From: Reclinomonas americana ATCC 50394
Lineage: Eukaryota
Direction: 5' to 3'
Assembly (NCBI GenBank): GCA_048213135.1
Contig: PS015503.1
Span: 1 to 63,809 of the forward strand
Length of the DNA: 63,809 bases
Part shown: piece by piece, positions 1 through 11,326 of the stretch
Position numbering within the stretch: position 1 is the first letter of the stretch
How the letters are laid out: the number at the start of each line of letters is the position of its first letter
Notes under the pieces: generated by a model
Told to the model about the DNA's origin: nothing
What the model saw: the letters and a program-made list of their open reading frames with translations, nothing else
The model's database searches: none
Translations under genes and position numbers: made by a program

Positions 1-909
1 AACCACGAAAGTGAGTCTCGGCGCGTTGAAGAGGAACTCTGTTGCACACGGCACACGCAACACGTCGCCTCCCGAGATGCGCGGCGAGACACCGACGCGC
101 TTGATGTTTGGCCTGTACGACGGCGAGCTGCTACCAGCAACGCCACCAGGAGTTCGTGGAGCCGGGGCCGACGTGGAATGTCACTAATACACGAGAGAGG
201 GGCGGATCTGCAGCATGGAAGAGGAGGGGACAGCATTGAGGTGATGCAGCAGAGGGCATCATGATGACAAACACACACACAAAAAACGAAGACGCACCAC
301 CCGTGCCACTGCCTGGATGACCCTCCTTCTCACGCCGCAACAAATAGAGACCGACTCAAGCAGAGAGTTGACGCGACAGTGGCAGCAGTAGTAGCAGCAG
401 CTGGTTCACTGTAGCCACCACACACGCACACACAAATATAGACGTGAGCACACATGTGCACAGACAGACAAGCTCAAGCAAAATTGAGGCATTCTTCCCG
501 TGTCACACGAACATGCGCACTCTCACTCTGATCTACACTAGCGACGTGCCTGTGTCTGTCTCTCCCTGTGTGTGCGCGTGCGTGAAAGACACACACAACA
601 AACAACGCGAGATTCAACAACAAAAAACCATGACAGAGGGAGACAGAGGGACGTGACCAACAACCAACCAGATCACACACACATACATACATAGTAACAC
701 AATGTGTGCGAGGGAGAGAGGGAGAGGGAAGGCCAACTGTGGTACGGACGCACATGGCCGCGCGCCCAAGCACGCGCACACACACTCACTCACTCACGCA
801 CACGAGTGACACACGCACAAGAGAGACAGACAGAGACACACACACGTGCGCGCTTGGTGTCTGTGTGTGTGAGTCTCTGTGTAAGCGAGGCACACACCGT
901 CGTCACGCG

Positions 910-3785
910 ATGATGTCGTTTAATCCACGGTCTGCCTCGGTCAATCGACTGGCGCATGATTGGCCACCGCGACACCGGCATCGTTCAATCACAAATGTCG
1001 CCGACGCCCATCACTGGCCGTTGCGCGCTGTTCAATGTCGACGACGACGACGACGACGACGACGGCCAAGGCGAAACGAGTTGCGTTTCATATTTTGCGC
1101 GCTGTGCTTACGTGTTTGTGTTTCGCTCACAATGTGGTCGATTCAGCCGCGATCGGCGTCGACTGAGGTGCGGTGTTGGGCATCATTGATTGATCGCTCT
1201 TGTCGTCGACGAAGGTGATTGACTCGTGTGTACGCAGCGACGACGTGGCGTTGGTGGTGAGGCGGCCTTGTCGCCGTACAAGAACACATCAGTGCTTCGT
1301 GAAGTGCAGGCGGCTGCGTCAATGCCGATTGCTGCTGCTGTCGCTGCTACTGCTGCGAGGCCGGCCAGCGCCGGTGGCAAGTCTCGCGCCTCTGCACGGT
1401 CTGTGTGTGTCGTTCCTACAGTGCTGCGGGAGTGTTGCTCACACGAAGTGACAAAGAGCGCTGATGATGTATCGCGGACCGGCTGCTCCCGATGTTCGTG
1501 TTCCACGGAAGCCGCGAGCGGCCTCGCCTCCGGCACCGGTGCGTTCGTCGTCGCAAACCTCGTTGCGACGACTGTTTGAGCCGCCTCCGCCGCCGAAACA
1601 AGGACACATGCCACTGGTGACAGCGAGCTCGTCGCGAGTTGCGTTTCCTGTTGTCGCGGCTTCGTTTCCTCCATCGCATTGTGTTGTTGACGCACCGCCG
1701 GCCGGCCACAGTCGTTCCACAGCACCAGCAGCTCGGCCACAGACGACAGTGAGATTGCAGCACTGGTGCATGCATTTCGTGCGACACGCGCCGCCACACA
1801 GGCGACCGCCGATGCCACTCGTCGCCGATCGGAGCGAGCGGCCACTGCCGAGAGCATCAGCGTCCCAACACGGCGTCTACCGTCCGTGCGCCGATTCACG
1901 AGTGGCGATCAGAGCATGCAGAGTTCGGGATCGGTGGCGACTGAAGTGTCGCCGACAAACTCCACATCTGCAGCGTCCAGTCGTGCCGCAGTGGCATCGG
2001 CCGTCACATTTTCGTCAACAGCAGTCACCGCCACCACCACCACCACAACAACAACAGCGACGATGATGAAAGCGACGGCGACAGCCGTCAGCGAGTCGAC
2101 GGAATCAGAGAAGCGAGTCGATGGCAAGAAAAAGTGAGTGGTTCTTTGCTTATGTCGTGAGACTCGGTGCTCATGATGCACACGCACAGACCGCGGCGAG
2201 AGGCTGCTCAGGCGCTCTCCATCGAAGTGGTGTCACCGACGCAGGCACAGAAGCACGCACCGCATGTGTCCTCAGCGAATCCCGGCATCACAATCGCTGT
2301 TGTCGACAGTGACTCCACGCCGGTATGCAACCAAATTCAGTTTTGTTCTTCTGCGCACGTCAGCTGACTGCAATCTTGTTTGTGGCAGGTGTCTGCGGAA
2401 ACTCCGATGATCATCCAGACACCACCACCGTCATACACATTGTCGACGGTCACCGAAGCGCCATCGCTCTCCATCGCAGTTGCGTCGGGATTCATGTAAC
2501 TGCTTCCTCGTTGTCATACCAACTGCTCTTGACGTGCAGGGCATGCCATCGCAGCGCACACAGGTACCGCAGTCTACTGTGGTGGTACTACTCTCCCTTT
2601 GTGTGTACTCATCTGCGTTCGACGTGGTGCAGGGTCGTCGACAGTCGCTTTCGGTAGGCCCCAACGCACTCGGGCTTTTGTCGCCCTCATCACCCGGAGT
2701 TGCGTTTCACTGCATGCCAAGCAGCGCGACCCTCGCACACACATTGACACTCTGCATGGGGGACGCAGAACGGAGGCACATCGGGACGCTTCAATCCAGA
2801 CTCGGCCCGATCGACAGCATCAGCGGTCGCCCAAGCGCGCCAAACGCACAGAACAGCGCGCATTCTGGACGAGAATGTGCGCATGTGGAGACGCAGAATG
2901 ACCTTCACAACCTCGCCGTCGTTGATTATTTTGTTTAATGTGTGTGTGTGTGTGTGTGCAGTGGCAACCGGCCACCTTTACGCAAGAGGCACCGCTGGCG
3001 ACGGTGATTACAGTGCGAGCGCGCGACCAGTCCATGCACGCCGCCGTCCCGCTCATGCTGGTGACCGCTGCCGACCTGCTGTTGAATTCCGCGAGTGCGA
3101 TTCCCGCCCCCTCGGCCAACAACATTCAGACCGACGACGACATTATGCGTGAGAATGTGATGAAGGACGCCATGCGTGCAGCAGCTGCGGCCGCCATGGC
3201 GTCGGCAGAGAGCCATTTGTTCCGCGTTCGCCGCGGATCAGTGATTGATCCAACGCAACAACGCCGTCTATCGATGGACGTTAGTCTGGTTCCCACGCGT
3301 GTGCCGGCCGCCACCCTGCTGACGTCGTCGCATGCGGTCGACTTTGAGTGGCAGCAGTTTGCCGCCACACTACCACGCATGATACACGTGGACCTGGCAC
3401 GCTCCGAGGCACGAGTGTGGCGCTCACTTGACAAGAACGGCGAGTTCACCGTGTCGGTGCTTGGCGGTCACCAAGTACTGGCGTACGAGGTTGCGAGACG
3501 GGTACGTGGTGGCAACATCGGCATCTCATTTGTCTCGCTCTGCCACCCACTGCTGTTTCTGCAGACGGCCACAGATGGAGTAGACGGCGCCGGCGCCTTG
3601 CACGACATGGACTTTACATTTGCTCCACCGGCCACACTCAAGTGTCCCAGTATTGCCGGTGTGTGTGCATGTGTGCACTGTTCCACTTGTGATCACGAAA
3701 GACTCATCGTCGCGGCACAGATTGTCTCTTTGTCCTCGAGTGCAAAGTCGAGCGCATTGTGGAAGTCGATGAGAGATGGGAGATC
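910..3785 (+). CDS. Uncharacterised multi-exon protein with a low-complexity N-terminal half; 3' end runs into a gap
   Basis: Long exon-like segments flanked by GT..AG introns, e.g. WQPATFTQEAPLATVITVRARD...VLAYEVARR. No family recognised and the start codon is uncertain. Confidence 0.45.
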
Positions 3786-4214
3786 NNNNNNNNNNNNNNN
3801 NNNNNNNNNNNNNNNNNNNNNNNNNNNNNNNNNNNNNNNNNNNNNNNNNNNNNNNNNNNNNNNNNNNNNNNNNNNNNNNNNNNNNNNNNNNNNNNNNNNN
3901 NNNNNNNNNNNNNNNNNNNNNNNNNNNNNNNNNNNNNNNNNNNNNNNNNNNNNNNNNNNNNNNNNNNNNNNNNNNNNNNNNNNNNNNNNNNNNNNNNNNN
4001 NNNNNNNNNNNNNNNNNNNNNNNNNNNNNNNNNNNNNNNNNNNNNNNNNNNNNNNNNNNNNNNNNNNNNNNNNNNNNNNNNNNNNNNNNNNNNNNNNNNN
4101 NNNNNNNNNNNNNNNNNNNNNNNNNNNNNNNNNNNNNNNNNNNNNNNNNNNNNNNNNNNNNNNTCCGCATAAATGATAAGTCATGAAGCACCGCGATTTT
4201 ATACTGTGCTGGTC

Positions 4215-6555
4215 TCAGAACAGGTCCAGCTGCTCAAAGAACGTCAGCATGCCCTTGGCACGCATGTTCCACAACTTGATGCAGCGGTCCGCCGAACCAG
4301 TGGCCAACTGCACCAAATGCACGTTAGCAGAGGCAGAGGAAAGCGAGACACCCACGGCGCCAACTCACCACATGTTGATGTGTGGCAAATGCACAGTCGT
4401 AAATGCCGCCGCCGTGAGCACGGAAACGCACCACCGGCTCGCCCGTGGCCACCGTGTGCACACTCATGTAGTTGTCGAGGCCGACGGTGAACATGAGTGA
4501 GTCCGTGAACTGTGATAGCACGACATGAACATCTTCTTGCACATTCAGCAACGGGGGTGAGCAACCATAGCCACCATACCTCGATTCCGTGCACCGCGCC
4601 ACTATGCACATTGAAGGATCGAAGAATGGCATTGTTGAGGCGCCAATCGCGCAGCTGTGCTTCGACATGCAGTGAGCGGCGAAGCACTCTCAACTGTGCC
4701 CTTTCCCTTCCAGTACGCACCTCGACAACACCATCGCACGACGATGAAGCAATCTGGTTGCCAGTGTCGGCGAGTTTCAGTTTCAACACTGAACTCGTGT
4801 GTCCTCGGTAGAGGCTCACACAGTGGCCACTCCGCATGTCCCAGATCTGCATCAACGAGGTACGACATGAACGCATACTCTTCCAGTGCAGACAATGGCT
4901 TGTGATCGCACCTTGACTCGTCCGTCGTCTCCAGCCGTGGCCAACAACTCGCCGTCTGAGTTCGGCACAAAAGACGACGTGTAAATGTTCATGGAGTGCG
5001 CCGCCTCCAGTGTCGTGACCGCCTGAACAGGAAAGGAAAGGAATTATGAGAAGGCACACAGCGTGCATGGGAGTCGATCGCCGTGCACACCTTGCCCGTC
5101 TCCACATCCTGCAAGTAGATGCGCCGGAAACCACCGTATGCAACCTGATTGCAATGCGTACTCCAGGCCACCGTGCGCAGACACTCGTTCGAGCGGCCAG
5201 TGAACGTTGCCATGCATTGCAACTGCATCCGGTTGGCATGTGAATTTTGAAGCACATCCGTGGATAACACAAACACAGCGCACGTACTTCTCGAATGTTC
5301 CACACACGCATGGTGCCATCAGCCGATGCCGACGCCAGCAAATCACCTGCGCGTCACTGATGAGCACACTGCAACTGAACAAGAGCAGGGGAGAGCAGCA
5401 ACAGCGCACCAGCAGAGTTGAAAGCAATGTGATGGATGGCCGCGGAATGCCCAGTGAATACGTGCAACTTCAATGCCTCCTGTGTTATGAAAGAAAAAAT
5501 GAGTCACAGAGGGAGGAACAACGGAGATGACTGACAACGCACCTTGCCAGCTGTGCGACATTCAAATTGTGCCCATGATCAAGCAGTGCGAGCGTGAGTG
5601 ATACAGAAAAATGAACTCTTCAATGAGTAGTGAGTTCTGGGGCGCTCACCAACATTCCACAGAATGATTTCTGCATACAAGACCATGAGCACGAGTAGCG
5701 AAACGTAGCACAAGACAGGCACGCTGCGCAACTCTCGTCATTGCCACCGGAGCACATGAAGACCTGATCGATGGGGTTGAAGGCCAGCGTGTACACAATG
5801 CCACCATCTGCAGAAAACGCGGCGTCAGCGCATGCTTGTCACGAGAAGTACAAGGCCACACGCAACGTCCACGACATGTAGACATCAGCATGTCCTTTGG
5901 TGTAATGTGTGGTCTGGGCAGTGGATCGTCGGTCGCCATAAACGTCTGGTTGCGAAACATGCTGGAGCCGGCGGTGCCGACGACGGTTCGGTGAACCGTG
6001 GTGTCGGCTGACTCATCGAACCACACATGACTTGGTGAGCCGAGCTGCATCCCTGGTGGGGCCAAAGAAAAAAACGATGAGCAAGACACGCCACATACAG
6101 AAGCACAGGTCAACAGACGCAGCAACACAGACCAGGAAGGTTGCAGGGAATGTTGAACTCGGTTTCCGAGTCGGAGTCGTCGGTTGTCGACGATGCTGTT
6201 CCTGACGGCGACGACGACAAGAGAGCCGACTGTGGCACAAGACGATGAGTGCAACAGCACAGCAGCAACAAGCAGCATGGAGCATTCCACAAACATCGCC
6301 AGCTGGTGTTGCTGGCGGCAGCGATGGCGGCGACAGGACAATGCCAGTGGGTGGGCTCTTGATGGTGGAGGAGCGTGGCGATACCTTGGCCGACACGCAT
6401 CGACTGGGTGTGTACTTGAGGAAGGCAACATCAGTCGACGCGCGGTCCAGGAACTGCACACGGTGCGGTGAGCGAGGCAATCGCGATGAGGGAATCAGCA
6501 GCAGTAAAGGCGTGCAAATCGCACCGACTGGCTGTGAATCATGTCTTGCCCAGAG
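4215..6555 (-). CDS. WD40-repeat protein; 5' end lies in a gap
   Basis: Several WD repeats across exons: LASASADGTMRVWN, LATAGDDGRVK|IWDMRSGHCVSLYRGHTSSV, LATGSADRCIKLWN. Stop TGA at 4217-4215. Confidence 0.85.
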
Positions 6556-7148
6556 NNNNNNNNNNNNNNNNNNNNNNNNNNNNNNNNNNNNNNNNNNNNN
6601 NNNNNNNNNNNNNNNNNNNNNNNNNNNNNNNNNNNNNNNNNNNNNNNNNNNNNNNNNNNNNNNNNNNNNNNNNNNNNNNNNNNNNNNNNNNNNNNNNNNN
6701 NNNNNNNNNNNNNNNNNNNNNNNNNNNNNNNNNNNNNNNNNNNNNNNNNNNNNNNNNNNNNNNNNNNNNNNNNNNNNNNNNNNNNNNNNNNNNNNNNNNN
6801 NNNNNNNNNNNNNNNNNNNNNNNNNNNNNNNNNNNNNNNNNNNNNNNNNNNNNNNNNNNNNNNNNNNNNNNNNNNNNNNNNNNNNNNNNNNNNNNNNNNN
6901 NNNNNNNNNNNNNNNNNNNNNNNNNNNNNNNNNNNNNNNNNNNNNNNNNNNNNNNNNNNNNNNNNNNNNNNNNNNNNNNNNNNNNNNNNNNNNNNNNNNN
7001 NNNNNNNNNNNNNNNNNNNNNNNNNNNNNNNNNNNNNNNNNNNNNNNNNNNNNNNNNNNNNNNNNNNNNNNNNNNNNNNNNNNNNNNNNNNNNNNNNNNN
7101 NNNNNNNNNNNNNNNNNNNNNNNNNNNNNNNNNNNNNNNNNNNNNNNN

Positions 7149-8110
7149 AGAGAGAGGAAACGAGAGAGGAAAAGGGAAAGAGAGCTGATTCTCGCACGCA
7201 CTGCCAGTGCTGGAATCTGTCGATCGATAATGTCACGCGTGGCGTCGGCGGCACTCACACCGGCCGGCACCGAGTGCGCACCGAGATACGTCACCGAAAC
7301 ATCGATGGGGTGCGACTTGGCCACGTCGTTGATGACCTGCAAAGGGGGGGATGAGCTGCAGCTCTTCACCCTCGCAGTTTCATGCAGGTTCGCAACTCGC
7401 AGCATCTTGGTCTCCGTTGACAACTCCAACCCATACCCCGACTTGGCCTCCACGAGAACCGTGCCGAACTGCAACATCCGATCGAATCGCTCACGCAGCA
7501 ACGCACCGAGTTCCTCCTCCGAGCTCGCCCGCGTGTGTCGCACCTGCACGTCCGTGAGCAACAAAAAAAACACAAAGCCACACTCGCTCCTTCCTCCCTC
7601 CCTCTCATCCAACGACGCAACCGTGAACCCAATGCCACCACCGGCCTTGTGCACCTCCATGTACGTCGCACCGGCAAGTTTCATGGCGAACTGCATTGCA
7701 TGCAGAGTCACTGACAAAGCCCACATCGACAACTCGCCCAACACACAACGAACCTCATGCACACGATCGCCACTCCAACACGGGTGCGTGTGGCCGTCGA
7801 CGAACCCCGGAACCACGCACATGCCACTGTCGCCATTGTCATAATCACCATGCAGACAAAGACACACACACACACTCCTTCCACTTACACACCGCGCATC
7901 GATTCGCCGCTCAAACACCGCATCAGCATACTGCTGAGCAATGTCGGCGGCCGCGCCCACCGCCGCCACTCGCCCACTCTGATCAATCACCACACTGGCA
8001 TTCTCCAACACCGCAACCTCGCGCATGGCCTCGGCGCACTTGAATCGCTCCCCGTGCGCACACACACGCACCACTTGCGCCGCATTCTCAATCAGCAATC
8101 GACACTGCAT
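7149..8110 (-). CDS. hutI: Imidazolonepropionase (HutI/AMDHD1); 3' part lies in a gap
   Basis: Motifs PGFVDGHTH, FAMKLAGATYMEVHKAGGGIGFT, GTVLVEAKSGYGL and TYLGAHSVP. ATG at 8110. Confidence 0.95.
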
Positions 8111-8213
8111 GACTGAACGCACAAAGGTAGCTCCGCGCAGACAACTCTGACCGACAAACCGATCGCTTTCACACGCACTACACCACAAAAGGGGAGAGCG
8201 TGACACTGAGAGT
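8111..8213. promoter_or_regulatory. Putative bidirectional promoter between hutI and hutU (103 bp)
   Basis: Divergent ATGs at 8110(-) and 8214(+). Confidence 0.6.
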
Positions 8214-11212
8214 ATGGCAGAGCCCTCACAGAAACGACGCAAGACAGGTGTGCGCGACGCATGATTCTGAGATTCTCTCACTCTCACTCTCTCACTCTCT
8301 GTCTCTCACAGGTGGCAACTCTGCGGCAGTGGTGACTGCGCGTGCCAATGGGCACGGCTTGTCGGCAGAAGTGTACGTGGACTTGTCGGTGTTGGCGCGC
8401 GGATTGCCGGTGGAGTTGCCTGGGCCAGCGGGTGCATTGGACCCGAGTGTGCCGCACGCACCGCGACGCACGCCTAACCTGACTGCACAGGAGCGAGTGG
8501 TGTGTGAGAGCGGAGAGAGCGGAGAGAGAGAGAGTGTTGTGACATCGTGTGATTCATCTCTTTTCGTGTCTTGCAGCTGGCGGTGCAGAATGCGTTGCGG
8601 TACTTCCCTCGCGATTGGCACTGCGTGCTGGCGCCGGAGTTTGCGGAAGAGCTGCATCTGTATGGTCATATCTATATGCACCGGTGAGTCGGTGTTCTTC
8701 CTGTTTCGCCTTGGCGACATTGCTCTGATTCTCGTGAGCAAGGTTCCGACCCACGGAGTATGCCATGAAGGCGTACCCGGTGGACATGTACCCGGCCAAG
8801 TGTGTGCAGGGTTCATAGTCCCGTTTTTGCCTCTCGTCGCTTCCATGTGGAAACACTGATGTCATCACAGCGGCTTGCATGATGCTGATGATTATGAACA
8901 ACCTGGATCCGCGCGTGGCGCAGTTCCCGCACGAGTTGATCACGTACGGCGGCAATGGCAGCGTGCTGCAGAACTGGTCGGTCTTGAAGGCTTGCACACG
9001 TGCCTTCTCCCTTCTCTCACTCGCTCGCGTGCACACGTGCAGGGCACAGTACCTGCTGGTCATGCAGTACCTGTCGGAGATGACCGACGAGCAGACTCTG
9101 GTCATGTACTCGGGTCACCCTCTCGGTCTGTTCCCCAGTCACAAGGAGTCACCGCGCGCTGTCATCACCAACGGCATGGTGGTGCCCAACTATTCCTCCA
9201 AGCAAGAGTTGCGCGACGTGGCTCTCGCATCGCTCTCATGCCTGCCTCTCACACTCCCTGCAGCTACGAGCGCATGTACGCTGTCGGGTGCTCCATGTAC
9301 GGGCAAATGACGGCCGGCAGCTACTGCTGTTGCGTTGTGTTGTGTGCTCACAAGTCTCCGTCGGCGTGTCGTGCACTCATCTCCACGGCAATCACCTCCT
9401 GCGCAACACAGACATCGGACCGCAGGGTTGCGTCCACATCTCCTCGACTTGCGTCGCACTGCGCGCTCATTATTCTTGCAGGAATCGTGCACGGAACAAC
9501 GCTGACTCTCCTCGGTGCATCGCGCAAGTACTTGCACACGGGCGACCTCTCGGGCACCATTTTTGTCACCTCTGGCCTCGGCGGCATGAGTGGCGCACAG
9601 GCCAAGGCCGCTGTGATTGCCGGTGCCGTGGGCGTGGTGGCCGAAGTGAGCGGTACGTGCACTATGGAGTCTTTGATAGATCCTGGCCATGCTAGTCTCT
9701 CACCCTATCCTGCACAGAGGCCGCGCTGCGAAAGCGCCACGAACAGGGTTGGGTGATGGAGGTGCAGACCGATCTCGACTCGTGCATTGCGCGCATGCGC
9801 GAGGCACGTGAGGCACGGCAGCCACTGAGCATTGGCTACCTGGTGCGTCATATCGCGACATCTCTCTTGTTCTTCACTGAACCTCACATGCACGCCAGGG
9901 TAACGTGGTCGACCTGTGGGAGCGTCTCGTACACGAGGAGGATCTGGAAGTTGCACTTGGTTCCGACCAGACCTCCTGCCACAACCCGTACGGCGGCGGC
10001 TACTATCCAGCGGGCCTGTCGTTCGAGGAGGCCAACGAAATGATGGTGCAGGATCCGCCGCGTTTCAAGTTGCGTCGAGACAGGAAAACCCACGAAACAG
10101 AAACACAGTCTTATCTGTCTGACATGTTGGCACGCGTGCAGGGAGTGTGTGCAGGCCAGTTTGCGTCGGCACATTGCCGCCATCAACTCGCTGACGACGG
10201 CGCGTGGCATGAAGTTCTGGGACTACGGCAATTCGTTTTTGCTCGAGTGCAGCCGTGCCGGAGCCGATGTGATGAGTGCCGACGGCACACACTTCCGCTA
10301 TCCCTCGTACGTCGAAGACATTATGGGCGACATTTTCAGTCTGGGCTTTGGTCCTTTCCGCTGTTGCGTTGCGCGAACGTGGCGTCGCGATAGAATGCCC
10401 ACTCATCGGTGATGCAGGGGTGTGCACGTCGGGTGATCCGGCTGATCTCGAGCTTACGGATCGGATTGCGGCCGAGATCACGGCCGAGAAGGCGACGGTG
10501 GCCGATGAGCTGTCCAAGCAGCAGGTTCATTCCCTTGTGATGATTGCCATGAGTTGCCCGTCGCTATTCTCATTTCCTTTGCAGTACGAGGACAACCACA
10601 AGTGGATTGTCCAGGCGGGAGCAAACAAGATGGTCGTCGGCAGCCAGGCTCGCATTCTGTACAGCAATGCCGAGGGTCGTGTGGCAATCGCCGAGGCGTT
10701 CAATCGCGCCATTGCGAGTGGCGAGATCTCCGGACCGATTGTGCTGTCGCGCGATCACCACGACGTGTCAGGGGCGGACTCACCGTGGCGAGAGACCGCC
10801 AATGTCAGCGACGGCTCACGCTTCTGCGCCGACATGGCCGTGCACACGTTTGTTGGCAACACGTTCCGTGGCGCGACATGGGCGGCACTGCACAATGGCG
10901 GTGGCACAGGTTGGGGCGAGGCGATCAACTGCGGGTTTGGATTGGTGCTGGACGGCTCCGCCGCGGCCGCCGCCCGTGCCCACAACATGCTGTGGTGGGA
11001 CGTGAACAATGGAGTTGCGTTGCTTTTGCTTTCTCGCCACGAGAGATGAGCTCACACGCTCGCAGTTGGCGCGCCGCGCATGGGCCGGTCATCCACTTGC
11101 GAGGTCGACGGTGCGAGAAAACATGCGCGTCGACCCGACACTTCGCATCACGGTGGCAGAGCTCGCCGACGACGATCTCGTGCAAGATGCCGTGTCGGCA
11201 GCATTCAAGTAA
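8214..11212 (+). CDS. hutU: Urocanate hydratase (eukaryotic long type), 15 exons
   Basis: Motifs NNLDPRVAQFPHELITYGGNG, YGQMTAGSYCYIGPQGIVHGT (rebuilt across a 15-nt micro-exon at 9412-9426), SGLGGMSGAQ, GSDQTSCHN, RDHHDVSGADSP and LHNGGGTGWG. Confidence 0.97.
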
Positions 11213-11326
11213 CAACCGCGACAGTTCCCCGTTTTACCCACCCACACACAAGTGCAATGAACAGCCACAAGCTTCACTGGTTTCGACAGCAACTCTCGCC
11301 TGCCCATTCTACATTAGCGTTCTCGG

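Noticed and set aside
1-420. Possible minus-strand partial gene at the window start
   Set aside because: It looks exon-like but has no recognisable motif, so no product can be supported.
9208-11066. Alternative reading of GTTGCG sites as G/TTGCG non-canonical introns shifted by one base
   Set aside because: At 9329 only the GT-AG boundaries restore the conserved Y of SYCYIGPQG, and all these introns end in a normal AG. The 11014 junction (L versus V) is ambiguous, so cDNA should confirm it.
7149-11212. Recent bacterial hut operon transfer or contamination
   Set aside because: Both genes have many host-style introns and eukaryote-type sequences, and they are divergent rather than co-directional.
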